Shown: piece by piece, positions 45,901 to 56,309 of the stretch
Layout of the letters: each line of letters starts with the position of its first letter
How positions within the stretch are numbered: the first letter of the stretch is position 1
Origin: an uncultured Gemmatimonadales bacterium
Lineage (GTDB): Bacteria; Gemmatimonadota; Gemmatimonadetes; Gemmatimonadales; GWC2-71-9
DNA: 64,000 nucleotides
Direction: 5' to 3'
Assembly: GCA_963821525.1 (NCBI GenBank)
Contig: CAWGED010000019.1
Location: 1-64,000 of the forward strand
The notes under the pieces: model-generated
What the model saw: the letters and a program-made list of their open reading frames with translations, nothing else
Told to the model about the DNA's origin: nothing
Databases searched by the model: none
Program-made: the position numbers and the translations under genes

Positions 45901-47443
45901 CTAGCAAGCCAAACCGGCGGGCGGGGTCGAGGTCTGCCGCGTGCTGATGAGGGAGGCCAGTCGCTCCAGGTCCGGCGCCGGTGGGCGGTCGGCTTCGAGA
46001 CGGGGCACCCCGTCTCCGGAGTCTCGCACCCGTCTGGTACAGGTCGCTCGACTCCGCGTCCCGGCCGCAATGGCGCGAGGAACTCGAGGCCCTGGGCGGC
46101 GCAGAGGAGCTCCGCTGCGACGACGCGTTGGGCGTTCGCCAGGATCCGGCTGGCCTTGAATGCCGCGGCCATGCCCATGGGGACGAAGTCCTCCTGATTG
46201 GCGTCGGTCGGAATCGAGCCGATGCTGGCGGGATGGCGAGAGCTCCGGGACTCCGCGACCAGAGACGCGGCCGTGATCTGAACCATCATGAAGCCGGAGG
46301 AGAGGCCGGGATCGCCGGGTCAGGAACGCGGGCAGTCCCTGGGATAGATCGGGATTCACCAGACGTTCGACCCGGCGCTCGGAGATGGCCTGGAGCGTGG
46401 TGAGCGCGATCGCGAGAAAATCGAGCGCCTGGGCGACTGGCTGGCCATGGAAATTCCCGCCGGAGAGCACCGTCCCGTCCTCGAACACCAGCGGATTGTC
46501 GGTCGACGCATTGAGCTCGATCCGGACGGTCTCCCGAGCGAACCGAATGGCATCGGCCACTGCCCCCATCACCTGAGGAGTGCAGCGGAGACTATACGCG
46601 TCCTGCACCCGCGGATCGTTTTCCCGGTGCGACTCGCGGATCTCGCTGTCGGCCAGCAGGTCGCGCATCAGCTCGGCCGCGCGGAGCTGGCCCGGGTGGG
46701 GCCGAGCCGCGTGAATTCGTGGGTCGAGCGGGGTAGGAGTTCCCCGCAGCGCCTCCAGGCTCATCGCCGCCGCGCCGACCGCGGTCCGCCACAAGCACCT
46801 CGGCGTCGTGGACCAGGAGAGCCAGCAGAGCGGTCTGGGCCTGGGTTCCGTTGATGAAGCGATCCCTTCCTTGGGAGCGAAACGGAACGGCTTGAGGCCG
46901 GCCGCCGCGAGTGCCTTGTCCGCCGCGCCCGCTCGCCGCCAAGTACCTCGCCCTCACCCATCAGCACCATGCGCGATGTGACTGAGCGGCGCCAGATCAC
47001 CGCTCGCTCCGACACTTCCCTGCTCCGGGACCCGGGGAACGATGCCGGCGTTGAGCAACGCGACGAGGGCCTCGACCAACGCGGGACGAACTCCGCTGGT
47101 GGGGCGCAGCAGCACGTTGGCGCGGAGCAGCATCGGCGGCCCGCACGGCGTCTACCCACAAGGGCGATCCGACGCCGGCTGCGTGACTCCGGATGAGATT
47201 GACCTGAAGCTGATCGAGCTGGCCGGCCGGCACTCTCACATTGGCGAGCTTTCCGAAGCCGGTGTTGATGCCGTAGATGGTTTCGCCCGCCGCCACTGCC
47301 TGATCAACCAGACCGCGGCTTCGCTCGAGGCGGGCCAGCGCGTCGCTGCGCAGCACGATGCGCGTTTCGGGCGAGCGCGCGACCTGGACCACATCGTCGA
47401 TCGAGAGGTCCTGGCCACTGAGCGCTATTGTGGGGGCCGGCAT
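45901..47443 (-). CDS. hutH: histidine ammonia-lyase (frameshifted)
   Basis: [30 protein letters not shown] (MIO), [32 protein letters not shown]; end approximate. Confidence 0.9.
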
Positions 47444-47494
47444 GGCAACAAGAGTAAGCGATACACCGGGTACAGAGAACAGGGCCCATAACGA

Positions 47495-47526
47495 GCGACC
47501 CTCCGCGGCGGGGCCGGGAGGGTCGC
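47495..47526. terminator. GC-rich hairpin downstream of lipoprotein gene
   Basis: gcgaccctcc-N12-ggagggtcgc. Confidence 0.6.
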
Positions 47527-47549
47527 AGGTTAATGGTGAGATGGAGAGG

Positions 47550-48713
47550 CTAGTGGGTGCCGCCCCTGCCGACCAACAGCTCGATGTTGCCGGGATCGGT
47601 CTGGAAGGACCAGTCGACGATAATGAAGTTCTTGCCTGCGTGAGTGACGCGAAGCGCGCCAAACCGGGCGAAACCATCCCCGCCATCCATTTCAAACACG
47701 TAGCCCCAACCCGGCAGCGCCTCCAGACCGGCCAGCCCAAAACCGTTGACCGGCGCGGCGTCGATACTGGTGAGGTCGGCGACCGGTGCGTTGCCATAGA
47801 GCGCCACCTTGGTGCCCGCTCGGACCGGCGTGATGAAGAGAGCCTCACTGGCGTCCCGCTCCACCGAGAAGTCCTCGCTGGGAGAGGAGCCGAGTCCGAC
47901 CACTCCAATCTCATTCGGCTGCGCCACGCCATCGTGGTTGAAGTCGTTCCAGAAGCGGAACCCGCTCTCGTCATCCTGTTGCTGCCTGGCGTAGAGAACC
48001 ACATTGCGGGCATCCGGCCTCGGCGTGTCCTGGTGAATCGGTGACCAGAGACTCTCGAACCCTTCGATGCTGATCGCCGACACTCCGAAGCACCGCGGAG
48101 AACCGTTCGGGAGAGCACCGGCGACGAACTCGGGGGCTACCGTGGTTCCCTCAAGAGCCCACTGGTCGAGGCAGAGGTCGTTGTCCAGATCGTATGGAGT
48201 GCTGTAGACCCGATAGACCTTGAAAGCCGACGGATCAGAGGCGAAGGCGTTGTCGGACCAGGTCAACGCGATCGCGCCATTCAGAGAGGTCGTGGTCAGA
48301 GTGGCCGGCTTCTGAAGCGCGAGGCGTTCATCCACGGTTATGACATTGCTCGGCCCGCTCTCGACGCCGGCTTGATCCTCCGCAGTGACGTAATACTGGA
48401 GATGCGGAATACCGTTGTCGTGGAACGTGCTGGAAGTGGTCGATCCCCGAAGCAGGTACGACTCCGAGGTAGAACCACGGGAGTAGATGTGCCAGACCGC
48501 GAGGGCGGGATTCCCGTCGTCCTCCCAGCTCAGCAACACGCCGCTGGGCGCGCCGGGGGTGCCACTGGGTTCCACTTCGTAAGTGAGGTTCGCCGGGGGC
48601 GCGACTTGTCCGCCACCGCCGCCGACGGGGTTGGTGCCATAGTCGTTGCAGGCCACCAGGGCTGCGAGAGCGAGGGCCAAGGCCGGCATCGCGCGGGACA
48701 TCGTAGTCTCCAT
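47550..48713 (-). CDS. lipoprotein with two FN3-like beta-sandwich repeats
   Basis: Lipobox LVAC; YYVTAEDQAGVESGPS and FGVSAISIEGFESLWS. Confidence 0.7.
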   Translation of the reverse strand: METTMSRAMPALALALAALVACNDYGTNPVGGGGGQVAPPANLTYEVEPSGTPGAPSGVLLSWEDDGNPALAVWHIYSRGSTSESYLLRGSTTSSTFHDNGIPHLQYYVTAEDQAGVESGPSNVITVDERLALQKPATLTTTSLNGAIALTWSDNAFASDPSAFKVYRVYSTPYDLDNDLCLDQWALEGTTVAPEFVAGALPNGSPRCFGVSAISIEGFESLWSPIHQDTPRPDARNVVLYARQQQDDESGFRFWNDFNHDGVAQPNEIGVVGLGSSPSEDFSVERDASEALFITPVRAGTKVALYGNAPVADLTSIDAAPVNGFGLAGLEALPGWGYVFEMDGGDGFARFGALRVTHAGKNFIIVDWSFQTDPGNIELLVGRGGTH

Positions 48714-48916
48714 GTCGGGGAATCGTCAGCGCTATAGGCAGCCCGGATGCCATCCGGGGCATTATCGTAACTCATTGTGATATTGGTAGTTACGTATTAG
48801 TACCAGGTTTCGTTGATGTCCCCGGGTGCGGACAATCCATCGTCATCGGACTGCGGATTTGTTCAGCGGGAGACTAAGCAGGGGGTCTTGTGCTGCGGGA
48901 GCTGCGCAGACCGAGG

Positions 48917-51900
48917 CTACCGCTCGAACGTGGTCTGGTTGTAGTCGCCTTTGATTTCAGGCATGTCGGAGAGGAAGATCGAAAAATAGAAGGAGAAGTT
49001 GCCGTTCGCGTTGCGGACGAAATTGAAGGCGGCCCGCCATTCGTGGAGGTTCCGCTCCAGCCGGACCACGTTCGATTCAAAGTCCTTATCGGTGATGTTG
49101 TACTGGGACGACCAGGACACGGTCCACAAGGGCGTCGGAGAGAAGGACGTGCTGAAGCCCAGATTCTGCCGAGTCGGCTGACTCAACGCTGCGGTCGGGC
49201 GGGTACGTGAGAGCGTGTAGTTGAAGTTGGCGGTGAAGCGGCGGCTGCTGAATCCGGGCTGCAGGGCGTTGTTGTCCGACGTATAGAACGAGGGGGGGCG
49301 GCCGTTGCGGCTTTGACTGGCTACGTACGAGGGCGGGGGCGGTTCGTTGGTTCCCTGCTTTGCGGGCTTGGCCAGACCGAACAACCGCAGCACCGCGTTT
49401 ACCGTCCCACTGGAGACCGCAAAACCGGTCGTAGCGCTCGAAAGGAAGAGGTCGAAATGGCTCGCATCAAACCCGACGGGGCCATTCCAGAGGTCATGCG
49501 TCAGACTCAGGTTGAACCCCGGAACGAGATCGCTCTGGAACGTGTTGGTCACGCTCTGAGTCGTCCACCCATTCCGTCCCGGTTGCTTGGCCTGCTCGAA
49601 GTCGTAGGACACCGCAGATGTGGTAATTCCCAGCAGGCGGTATTTCCTCGTCTGGTCCTGTTCTGTTGAATCGGCGACCGTCGTATCGCCGGCCGCTTTC
49701 TTCGCTTTGCCTTCGATGTTTTGCGAGAGGCCGATGCTCAGGGTCTGGGTAGCAGGGGTGCGAGTCGAAACGGGCTGTCCGGGCCCCACGATGGCGCGGG
49801 CAAATTCCTGGGAGACGCTCGCCGCCGGATTGTAGGTGTAACTGATGGTCGGTGAGACGCTGTGCCGGATCCGGGCGATCGGCCCGAAGCCGGGGAAGAA
49901 TCCGAAGAAGGTCGGCGAGGACGTTACGCCGAAGTTGAACCGCTTGCCCTGAAATACCCAGTCCCCATTGGTGTTGCGATTGCGGATGGCGAACGGCCCA
50001 ATCGAGCTCGCGTTGGCCACACCCAGCACAGGCTGGAGTTTCCACGAGGCCCGAAACAGCGTAGGAAGGTTGATCCCCGTCTCCCAGTCGAAACTGCTGG
50101 AGAAATCCCCAGTGAAGGTCCGCGCGACGATGATCGAATCCGTTGGATCGGGTGTCGAGGGATCGGGAATCTTGATGGGAAGAGCGGTCAGCGACCCCTC
50201 ACGCTTCTGGTCGTTATAGGCGAAGGAGTTCCGGAAGTCCCAACCGCCGAAGCGGACCGGGGTGTCGAAGTTCATCGCGGTGGCCCGCTGGTCGAACGTC
50301 GAGCTCAGGGTATCCTTCCCGCCGCCGGGCAACACTCGGACCTGAGCATTCGGGCTGTTGTTGGTGAGATCATTGGTGATGCTGAACCCGGGGGACCACG
50401 TGATGTCCCTGGTGATGTCGATGGGCTTGGGAGAGATGGCCAGCGCCGGAAGCTGCATCGTGGTCGGCTGCCCCGTGGAGAGCGGCTGCCGGCGGTTGGC
50501 GCCGAGGTTCACGTTGCCCCAGGCAAAGCGCTTGGAAAAATTGGCGGAGCTGAGGATCTGCTGGGTGGAAAGCAGGGGATCCAGCGCGTTGTCGCTCACC
50601 ACCTGGGAGTTGCTGGCGTAGTTCAGGCTCAGGTTGAGCGAGGTACTCAGGTCAAAATTCTGGCGATGGTCCCACCGGATGTTGGTCGACGAGGACCCGG
50701 TGTTCTCGTGCTGCTGGTTGTAGGCAATCGCCCCGCTCACAAATCGGTTCAGCCAGCGGTACTGCCCTGCCACCCCATACTGGACATAGCGATTGTCGTA
50801 GAAGTCCAGCCGGGCGGTGAAATCCAGGTAGTCGTTAGCCGCCCAGTAGTAGCCTACGTTGGTGATTTGCCGATTGTACCCGCCGTTGGGTCGGACAATG
50901 TCGTTGAGCCCGAACCGCGGAATCAAGATTCCCGAGTGCCGGCCGGGCCGTCCATCCGCCCAGACGAAGGGGAGCCAGAGGACCGGCACATCCCGCACAT
51001 AGAGGACGGCGGGCCGAGCGATCATGATGGTCTGCGCGATCCACTTCACTTCCTTGGCGGAAAAGTGGTAGTGGGGCTCGGGTAGATCGCAGCTGGTGAT
51101 GTCGCTTGAGGAGGCGTAGACCCTTGAGGCACTGGAGTCCTGGGCCAGATTTCCCCGCAGAAACCAGTCGCTGCTGTTCTGCTTGAAGCTGGTGAGCGCC
51201 TTGGTCACGACTCCGCGCCGAATGCAGGTGTCGTAGCGAATGCCACCGCCGCCGGTCAGGACCGTCTCCCCATCGAAGAGGTTGGGAGTTCCCGAGGCCT
51301 CGATGAGACACGTGGTCTCCTGGTACAGAATCGAATCCGCCTCGAGCGTTGTGGTTCCGCGGCGAGTCATCGCCTTGCTGTCGAGGAAAATGCGGCGCTC
51401 GTCGGCGAGGACTGTGGCCGAATCCGATCGGTACCGCGTGGCTTCATACCCCTCCAGGAGCTGAAGCTCGGCGAGAGTCGAATCGTCGGGGGCGAAGGTG
51501 TAGCTCGGACCGGTGGGGAGACCAAGCCGACGGGCCGTTGCCGTATCCACCGCCTGGCCGGGCCGGACCCGGGTCGAGTCGGGGGGAAGGGTATCCCCCG
51601 GACCCCGTTGCACCGGCCGTCCGGGCTTGGGTGGGGGCACGGGCTGCTGGGCTGCAGCCCGATCCGGCAGGGCGAACAGAGCGAAGAAGATTACCGCGGC
51701 CGTGGCGGCGCGCCGGCGCCGGCGGTCGATGACCCAGGCGCCCACGAACCCGACCTCGTAAAGCAGCCACAGCGGCACGGTCATCATGATCATCGAGAGT
51801 ACGTCGGTGCCGGGCGAAAGGATTGCTCCGGCGAACATGCAGAGTACCATCGCGTAACGACGGAACCGGTGCAGGCCCATCGGCGAGATGACACCAACCG

Positions 51901-52450
51901 CCGCGAGGAGGATGATGACCAGCGGCAACTCGAAAGAGATCCCCATCGCGAGCACGATCTGCAGCACGAAACTGAAGTACTCGTTGTAGGTAATGACGAG
52001 CGCCAACGCCTCGGACTGGAAACTGAACAGCACGCGCAAAGCCTGGGGCAGCAGGTAGAAATACCCCAGGGACGATCCGGTCAGGAACAGGACCAATCCG
52101 AATCCCAGCGCCGGCATGATCGCTTTGCGTTCCCGGTCGTAGAGGGCCGGTGCGAGGAAGGCCCAGATCTGGTATATGATGATCGGGGAGACGAGAACGA
52201 CGCCGGTGATGAAGCCCAGTTTGAGGACGATCATCACCGGATCGGTGGGACTCAGGACCGCGAGCTTCCCGCCGGTGCTGGCGAGGTAGGGAGCGATCGG
52301 CTGTTTGAGGAGTGTGACGAGCTGAAACCGCTGGACCAACCAGAGACCGACTCCGAACCCCACGACGATCGCCCCGAGGGCTCGGATCAGCCGGATTCGG
52401 AGCTCCTCGAGGTGCTCGAGGAAGGGCATCTCCGCGCCCGGACCGGTCAT
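48917..52450 (-). CDS. tatC: TatC fused in frame to an LptD-like outer-membrane protein (1177 aa)
   Basis: aa 1-245 TatC (MPFLEHLEELRIRL, YQIWAFLAPAL, FELP, LYEVG); then RRRRR-hydrophobic-AAA|QQ; then LptD-like TSCDLPEPHYHF, RHSGILIP, GYYWA, ERNLHEW. Confidence 0.85.
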   Translation of the reverse strand: MTGPGAEMPFLEHLEELRIRLIRALGAIVVGFGVGLWLVQRFQLVTLLKQPIAPYLASTGGKLAVLSPTDPVMIVLKLGFITGVVLVSPIIIYQIWAFLAPALYDRERKAIMPALGFGLVLFLTGSSLGYFYLLPQALRVLFSFQSEALALVITYNEYFSFVLQIVLAMGISFELPLVIILLAAVGVISPMGLHRFRRYAMVLCMFAGAILSPGTDVLSMIMMTVPLWLLYEVGFVGAWVIDRRRRRAATAAVIFFALFALPDRAAAQQPVPPPKPGRPVQRGPGDTLPPDSTRVRPGQAVDTATARRLGLPTGPSYTFAPDDSTLAELQLLEGYEATRYRSDSATVLADERRIFLDSKAMTRRGTTTLEADSILYQETTCLIEASGTPNLFDGETVLTGGGGIRYDTCIRRGVVTKALTSFKQNSSDWFLRGNLAQDSSASRVYASSSDITSCDLPEPHYHFSAKEVKWIAQTIMIARPAVLYVRDVPVLWLPFVWADGRPGRHSGILIPRFGLNDIVRPNGGYNRQITNVGYYWAANDYLDFTARLDFYDNRYVQYGVAGQYRWLNRFVSGAIAYNQQHENTGSSSTNIRWDHRQNFDLSTSLNLSLNYASNSQVVSDNALDPLLSTQQILSSANFSKRFAWGNVNLGANRRQPLSTGQPTTMQLPALAISPKPIDITRDITWSPGFSITNDLTNNSPNAQVRVLPGGGKDTLSSTFDQRATAMNFDTPVRFGGWDFRNSFAYNDQKREGSLTALPIKIPDPSTPDPTDSIIVARTFTGDFSSSFDWETGINLPTLFRASWKLQPVLGVANASSIGPFAIRNRNTNGDWVFQGKRFNFGVTSSPTFFGFFPGFGPIARIRHSVSPTISYTYNPAASVSQEFARAIVGPGQPVSTRTPATQTLSIGLSQNIEGKAKKAAGDTTVADSTEQDQTRKYRLLGITTSAVSYDFEQAKQPGRNGWTTQSVTNTFQSDLVPGFNLSLTHDLWNGPVGFDASHFDLFLSSATTGFAVSSGTVNAVLRLFGLAKPAKQGTNEPPPPSYVASQSRNGRPPSFYTSDNNALQPGFSSRRFTANFNYTLSRTRPTAALSQPTRQNLGFSTSFSPTPLWTVSWSSQYNITDKDFESNVVRLERNLHEWRAAFNFVRNANGNFSFYFSIFLSDMPEIKGDYNQTTFER

Positions 52451-52466
52451 GCGGCCGATCCGGGTG

Positions 52467-53273
52467 CTACCGTCCGAGCGACTTCAGGCGATCTCGCGCG
52501 AGGGCCGCTTCGTCGGAACGGGGATAATCGGAGATGACGCGCTGGTAGTAGGCCTTCGCGCCTTCGAGATCCTTCCTGCGTTCCGCCACGAGTCCGAGCT
52601 TGTAGACCGCACTCGCCGCCCGAATCGACTGGGGTGCTGTCTCCACCACTTTCTGGTAGTAGCCCACCGCCGAATCGGGCGACTCCGCAGCGAAGCTCTC
52701 TCCGATGAAGTAGTTGGCATCAGGGACTCGAGGATCCGTCGGATACAGCCGGAGGAATTCCCGGAACCCGGTGCGCGCGGTTCCCGGCGATCCCCGCCGG
52801 AGCTGGTTCAGACTGGCTTCGTACATCTGGTCGGCTGAGGGCTGTGCAGCACCGGCCGCAGGGGCGGGCCGGGAGCTATCCGATGGAGCGGGAGCGGCGT
52901 TAAGCTGCTCTCCCCGCGCCTCGAGCTGAGTGCGGAGCTCGGTGAGACGCTGCTGGCTCTGGCCGGTTAGAGCCTGAATCTGAACCAGCTGCTGCTGAAT
53001 ATTGTAGAGATCGTTGGCGAGGTCGCCCTTGGCGGTACCCACCTGCCGCGAGGTCTGCTCCGCGGTGCGGGCCAGGGAGGACAGCGAATCCATGGTCCGC
53101 CGCTGGGTCTCGAGGATCTGGGCGAGTTGAACGGCGCGAGCCGAGTCGGCACGCATGTTTTCGGCGCGACTCAGGACCAGTTGTTCCTCGAGCCGGCGCA
53201 TGTCGCCCTTGGAGGCACAGGCTCCAAGGGCGAGCAGGCCCAGCGCGATGGCCGGGCAGTGGCGTGCGAGCAT
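52467..53273 (-). CDS. cpoB: tol-pal TPR lipoprotein CpoB/YbgF
   Basis: Lipobox LGAC, coiled coil, TPR PDANYFIGESF..YPRSDEA; follows pal. Confidence 0.85.
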   Translation of the reverse strand: MLARHCPAIALGLLALGACASKGDMRRLEEQLVLSRAENMRADSARAVQLAQILETQRRTMDSLSSLARTAEQTSRQVGTAKGDLANDLYNIQQQLVQIQALTGQSQQRLTELRTQLEARGEQLNAAPAPSDSSRPAPAAGAAQPSADQMYEASLNQLRRGSPGTARTGFREFLRLYPTDPRVPDANYFIGESFAAESPDSAVGYYQKVVETAPQSIRAASAVYKLGLVAERRKDLEGAKAYYQRVISDYPRSDEAALARDRLKSLGR

Positions 53274-53869
53274 TACTGGGGTGGCACCAGTGATTCGCCT
53301 CCGGCCGTCACCTCGAACTCATCGCGGCGATTCTTGGCCCAGGCGCCCTCATCGTGACCGGGATCGAGCGGACGCTCTTCCCCAAACGAAATGACTTCAA
53401 CGCGACCGGCATCTATGCCCTTATTCACCAGCTGGCGCTTGGCCGCGCCGGCGCGGCGGTTGCCCAGCGCCAGGTTGTATTCATCCGATCCGCGCTCGTC
53501 CGCATGGCCGCTTACCCGGAGCCGGACGCCTGGATTGGCCTGCATGATGGCGGCCTTGCGGTCCAGGTTGGAGACATCGTCCGACAGAATATCGGCCTTG
53601 TCGAAATCGAAGTGGATCATGGCCACCAGCTGCTGTAACGCCGTCGCGCGATCCGCTGCCGCCTTCTCGGCCGCTTCGCGGGCGAGACGGTCGCGTTCGG
53701 CTTGCTCACGGGCCGCCTTTGCCGCGGCATCCTCGGACGGAGGTGTCGGAGCGGGCTGGTTAGCCGTCGGCGTCGGCTGGGGAGCCGGAGCTTCGGGTTC
53801 GGCCTTCTTCCCGCATGCGATCAGGCCCACAGCTGCGACGATCGTGAGGAGGCGGAACTGGAGATGCAT
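53273..53869 (-). CDS. pal: peptidoglycan-associated lipoprotein
   Basis: Lipobox LIAC; IHFDFDK, GHADERGSDEYNLALGNRRA, KNRRDEF. Confidence 0.93.
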   Translation of the reverse strand: MHLQFRLLTIVAAVGLIACGKKAEPEAPAPQPTPTANQPAPTPPSEDAAAKAAREQAERDRLAREAAEKAAADRATALQQLVAMIHFDFDKADILSDDVSNLDRKAAIMQANPGVRLRVSGHADERGSDEYNLALGNRRAGAAKRQLVNKGIDAGRVEVISFGEERPLDPGHDEGAWAKNRRDEFEVTAGGESLVPPQ

Positions 53870-53907
53870 GATGACTCCGTAATTCAGGGGTGAGGTCGGT
53901 CGAGATC

Positions 53908-55191
53908 TCAGAATCGGCGTGACCACGTCGGGAGCCGCACTCCACCGGTGAACGTAAGCTGACGGACGCGCCCGGTAATGATGTCGATCACCCAAAGCTG
54001 CCGGGTCCCGCTACGATCGGACACGAACGCGACGTGCTTCCCGTCCGGGGCCCAAGTTGGGTCTTCGTTACGACCGGAAGATGTGAGCTGTCGCACCTTC
54101 CTGCCGGCTACGTCGAGAACGAAAATTTGCGGCGAGCGGTCCACGTCCCGATGGAACACTACACTGGCCCCATCCGGCGACCATTCCGGGGCATTGGAAC
54201 TGCCGGTAACGCCATAGTCAAACGGCGCCAGCAATTCCTGGTCGGTGCCGTCCGCGCCCATGACGTAAATCTGTGGCAGGCCTGCCCTTGTCGAGACGAA
54301 AGCCATCCGCCGTCCATCCGGCGCATAGCTGGGTGAAAGGTTATCGGAGTAGCGTCCGACGGTCAAGCGTTGTAAGCAGCATCCGGTGGCGACTTCCGCG
54401 GTGTAAATATCGGTCCCTTCTTCCGTCGCGCGCGCGAAGGCCAGGGTCCGGCCATCGGGGGAGAAGGCTGAGGTAAAGTTGAGCGCTTTGGTGGTCGGCG
54501 CGAGCACAGTCCGCTGCCCGGTGGCGACGTCGATCAAAATGATAGTACCCTGCCCCGCCACGAACTTGGTGTAGGCGATCTTCTTTCCGTCGGGACTCCA
54601 GGCAGGAGAAAGCACCTCGTCGCCATCGGGAGTGATGACGGTCATGTTCGCTCCGTCGCTGTCCACCCGATACGCCCGCTTGTTGGCGAGGAATACCACC
54701 TGAGACGCCGCGTAGCCAGGCGTGCCGATGGCGGAGCGGACGACCTCATCAGCGATGCGATGCACCGTCATCCGGAAATTGGGATCGCCCGGCGGGGGCA
54801 GGTTCACCCGCTGCTCCTTCCGCATCGTGCCCGTCTTCATGTCATGGAGCCGAAACGCCGTGGCCCCGGCCACATCGGCGAGCTCCACCCCGAAGTCCGC
54901 CCCCAACGATCGCAGCAGGACGTAGTTGACGGTGGTCGACGCACCCTCCGATCCGATGGGGATGATCTCGAAGCGGTCGCTGTAGTCGAGGTCGCGAAGA
55001 AGAATGTTTCGCGCGGAGTCGCGGCCTATGGCCGGCAGGACGACGATCGAGGGCCGTTCTCCCGGACGATATTCGATGCCGACCCGCACTCCTTCCTGGG
55101 CCTGCGTCGTGTCCTGGGCAAGGAGGCGACCGGAAACGCTCAGCGCAGCGGTCGTAAACAGTCCAATCAAGGCAGCACGGAAACGGATCAT
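53908..55191 (-). CDS. tolB: TolB beta-propeller protein
   Basis: DLDYSDRF, HRIADEV, repeated PxWSPDG motifs. Confidence 0.9.
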   Translation of the reverse strand: MIRFRAALIGLFTTAALSVSGRLLAQDTTQAQEGVRVGIEYRPGERPSIVVLPAIGRDSARNILLRDLDYSDRFEIIPIGSEGASTTVNYVLLRSLGADFGVELADVAGATAFRLHDMKTGTMRKEQRVNLPPPGDPNFRMTVHRIADEVVRSAIGTPGYAASQVVFLANKRAYRVDSDGANMTVITPDGDEVLSPAWSPDGKKIAYTKFVAGQGTIILIDVATGQRTVLAPTTKALNFTSAFSPDGRTLAFARATEEGTDIYTAEVATGCCLQRLTVGRYSDNLSPSYAPDGRRMAFVSTRAGLPQIYVMGADGTDQELLAPFDYGVTGSSNAPEWSPDGASVVFHRDVDRSPQIFVLDVAGRKVRQLTSSGRNEDPTWAPDGKHVAFVSDRSGTRQLWVIDIITGRVRQLTFTGGVRLPTWSRRF

Positions 55192-55880
55192 TGAGGACGT
55201 GGCGTGAAGTAGAAGGAAACGGGCAGGACGTCGGCCTCATACCCGTCGGGAAGCGGCCCGAAGGCCTTGGCGGCTCCCGCTGCTTCGATGGCGCCCTGAG
55301 CGGCGATATCGAACGAGAAATTTCCGGACCCATTCGTGACCCTGATCTCCCGCACCGTGCCGTCCCTCAGAATGAGGAAGCTCACTTCGGCCTTGAGCGA
55401 GGAGCCCATGGGACGGTCCCACCGCCGGTAGACCTCCTGCACGATGTTCCGGAGGTACTCCGGGAACGCAAAGGCCAGGCCCGGCGTGCTTACGGTCACG
55501 GCGTCCGATCCGGTGCTGGGCTTTTCACCGGGCAGCGGGGCCTGCTGTGCCGTGGTTCGGGGATTGGGCTCGGTCTTCTGCTCGGTCTCCGCGGGCTTGG
55601 GCGGAGGCGTCGGAGCCGTCTTCGGCAGCGGTTTGGGCGCCGGCTTGGTCGGTGCAGGAGGTTCTGCAGGCGGCCGCGTCACGGTTTCCGGAGCGGGTTT
55701 CTGCTCTGGTTTGGGTGCTGGTGCCGCGACCAGCTCCACCGCATAGGACGGCGGTGATGGAGGAGGCGGCTGGACTGCGACCCACAGAAAAGCCACCACG
55801 CCGGCGTGAACCGCCACGGTTCCGAAGAGACCGGCTCCAACACCTCCGGTCGGTTGACGGATCGCCGCGGCGTATCTCAC
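55188..55880 (-). CDS. TolA/TonB family protein
   Basis: TM with His, Pro-rich linker, C-terminal SGNFSFDIAA..FGPLP. Confidence 0.8.
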   Translation of the reverse strand: MRYAAAIRQPTGGVGAGLFGTVAVHAGVVAFLWVAVQPPPPSPPSYAVELVAAPAPKPEQKPAPETVTRPPAEPPAPTKPAPKPLPKTAPTPPPKPAETEQKTEPNPRTTAQQAPLPGEKPSTGSDAVTVSTPGLAFAFPEYLRNIVQEVYRRWDRPMGSSLKAEVSFLILRDGTVREIRVTNGSGNFSFDIAAQGAIEAAGAAKAFGPLPDGYEADVLPVSFYFTPRPQ

Positions 55881-56308
55881 GGCGCAGTTTCGTCCTGGGC
55901 GACGAGGCCCACGTCGCGCACTCCCGAGGTGCGGATCACGGCGAGGACGCGGACCACGTCCCCGTAGGGCACTCGGGAATCGGCCCGCACGTAGACCGAG
56001 GCCGGCTTGCGCGCCGTAACCAGCGACTTGAAGGTGATGCGAAAATCGTTGTAGGAAACCTGGGTCTGATCGATGAAGATCCGGCCCTGGCGATCCACCG
56101 AAACCACCATGCCTTCGCGGGCGGTGATCGGCCGCGCTTCGGCGCGGGGCAACTGAACGTCCACCCCGCCCTGCATGATAGGTGCTGCGATCATGAAGAT
56201 GATCAGCAGCACGAAGGCAACGTCCACCAGGGATGTGACGTTGATATCCGCGTTCAGCGGCAGCTCGCCGTGACCACGCAGCCCGCCGCGTCCCAGTCCG
56301 GTCAACAT
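55877..56308 (-). CDS. tolR: TolR/ExbD
   Basis: INVTSLVDVAFVLLIIFMI, VRADSRVPYG. Confidence 0.88.
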   Translation of the reverse strand: MLTGLGRGGLRGHGELPLNADINVTSLVDVAFVLLIIFMIAAPIMQGGVDVQLPRAEARPITAREGMVVSVDRQGRIFIDQTQVSYNDFRITFKSLVTARKPASVYVRADSRVPYGDVVRVLAVIRTSGVRDVGLVAQDETAP

Positions 56309-56309
56309 T

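Noticed and set aside
51710..51730. RRRRR at the TatC-LptD junction as a Tat signal
   Set aside because: Lacks the S/T-R-R-x-F-L-K consensus, and beta-barrels are normally exported unfolded via Sec; treated as a Sec-type n-region
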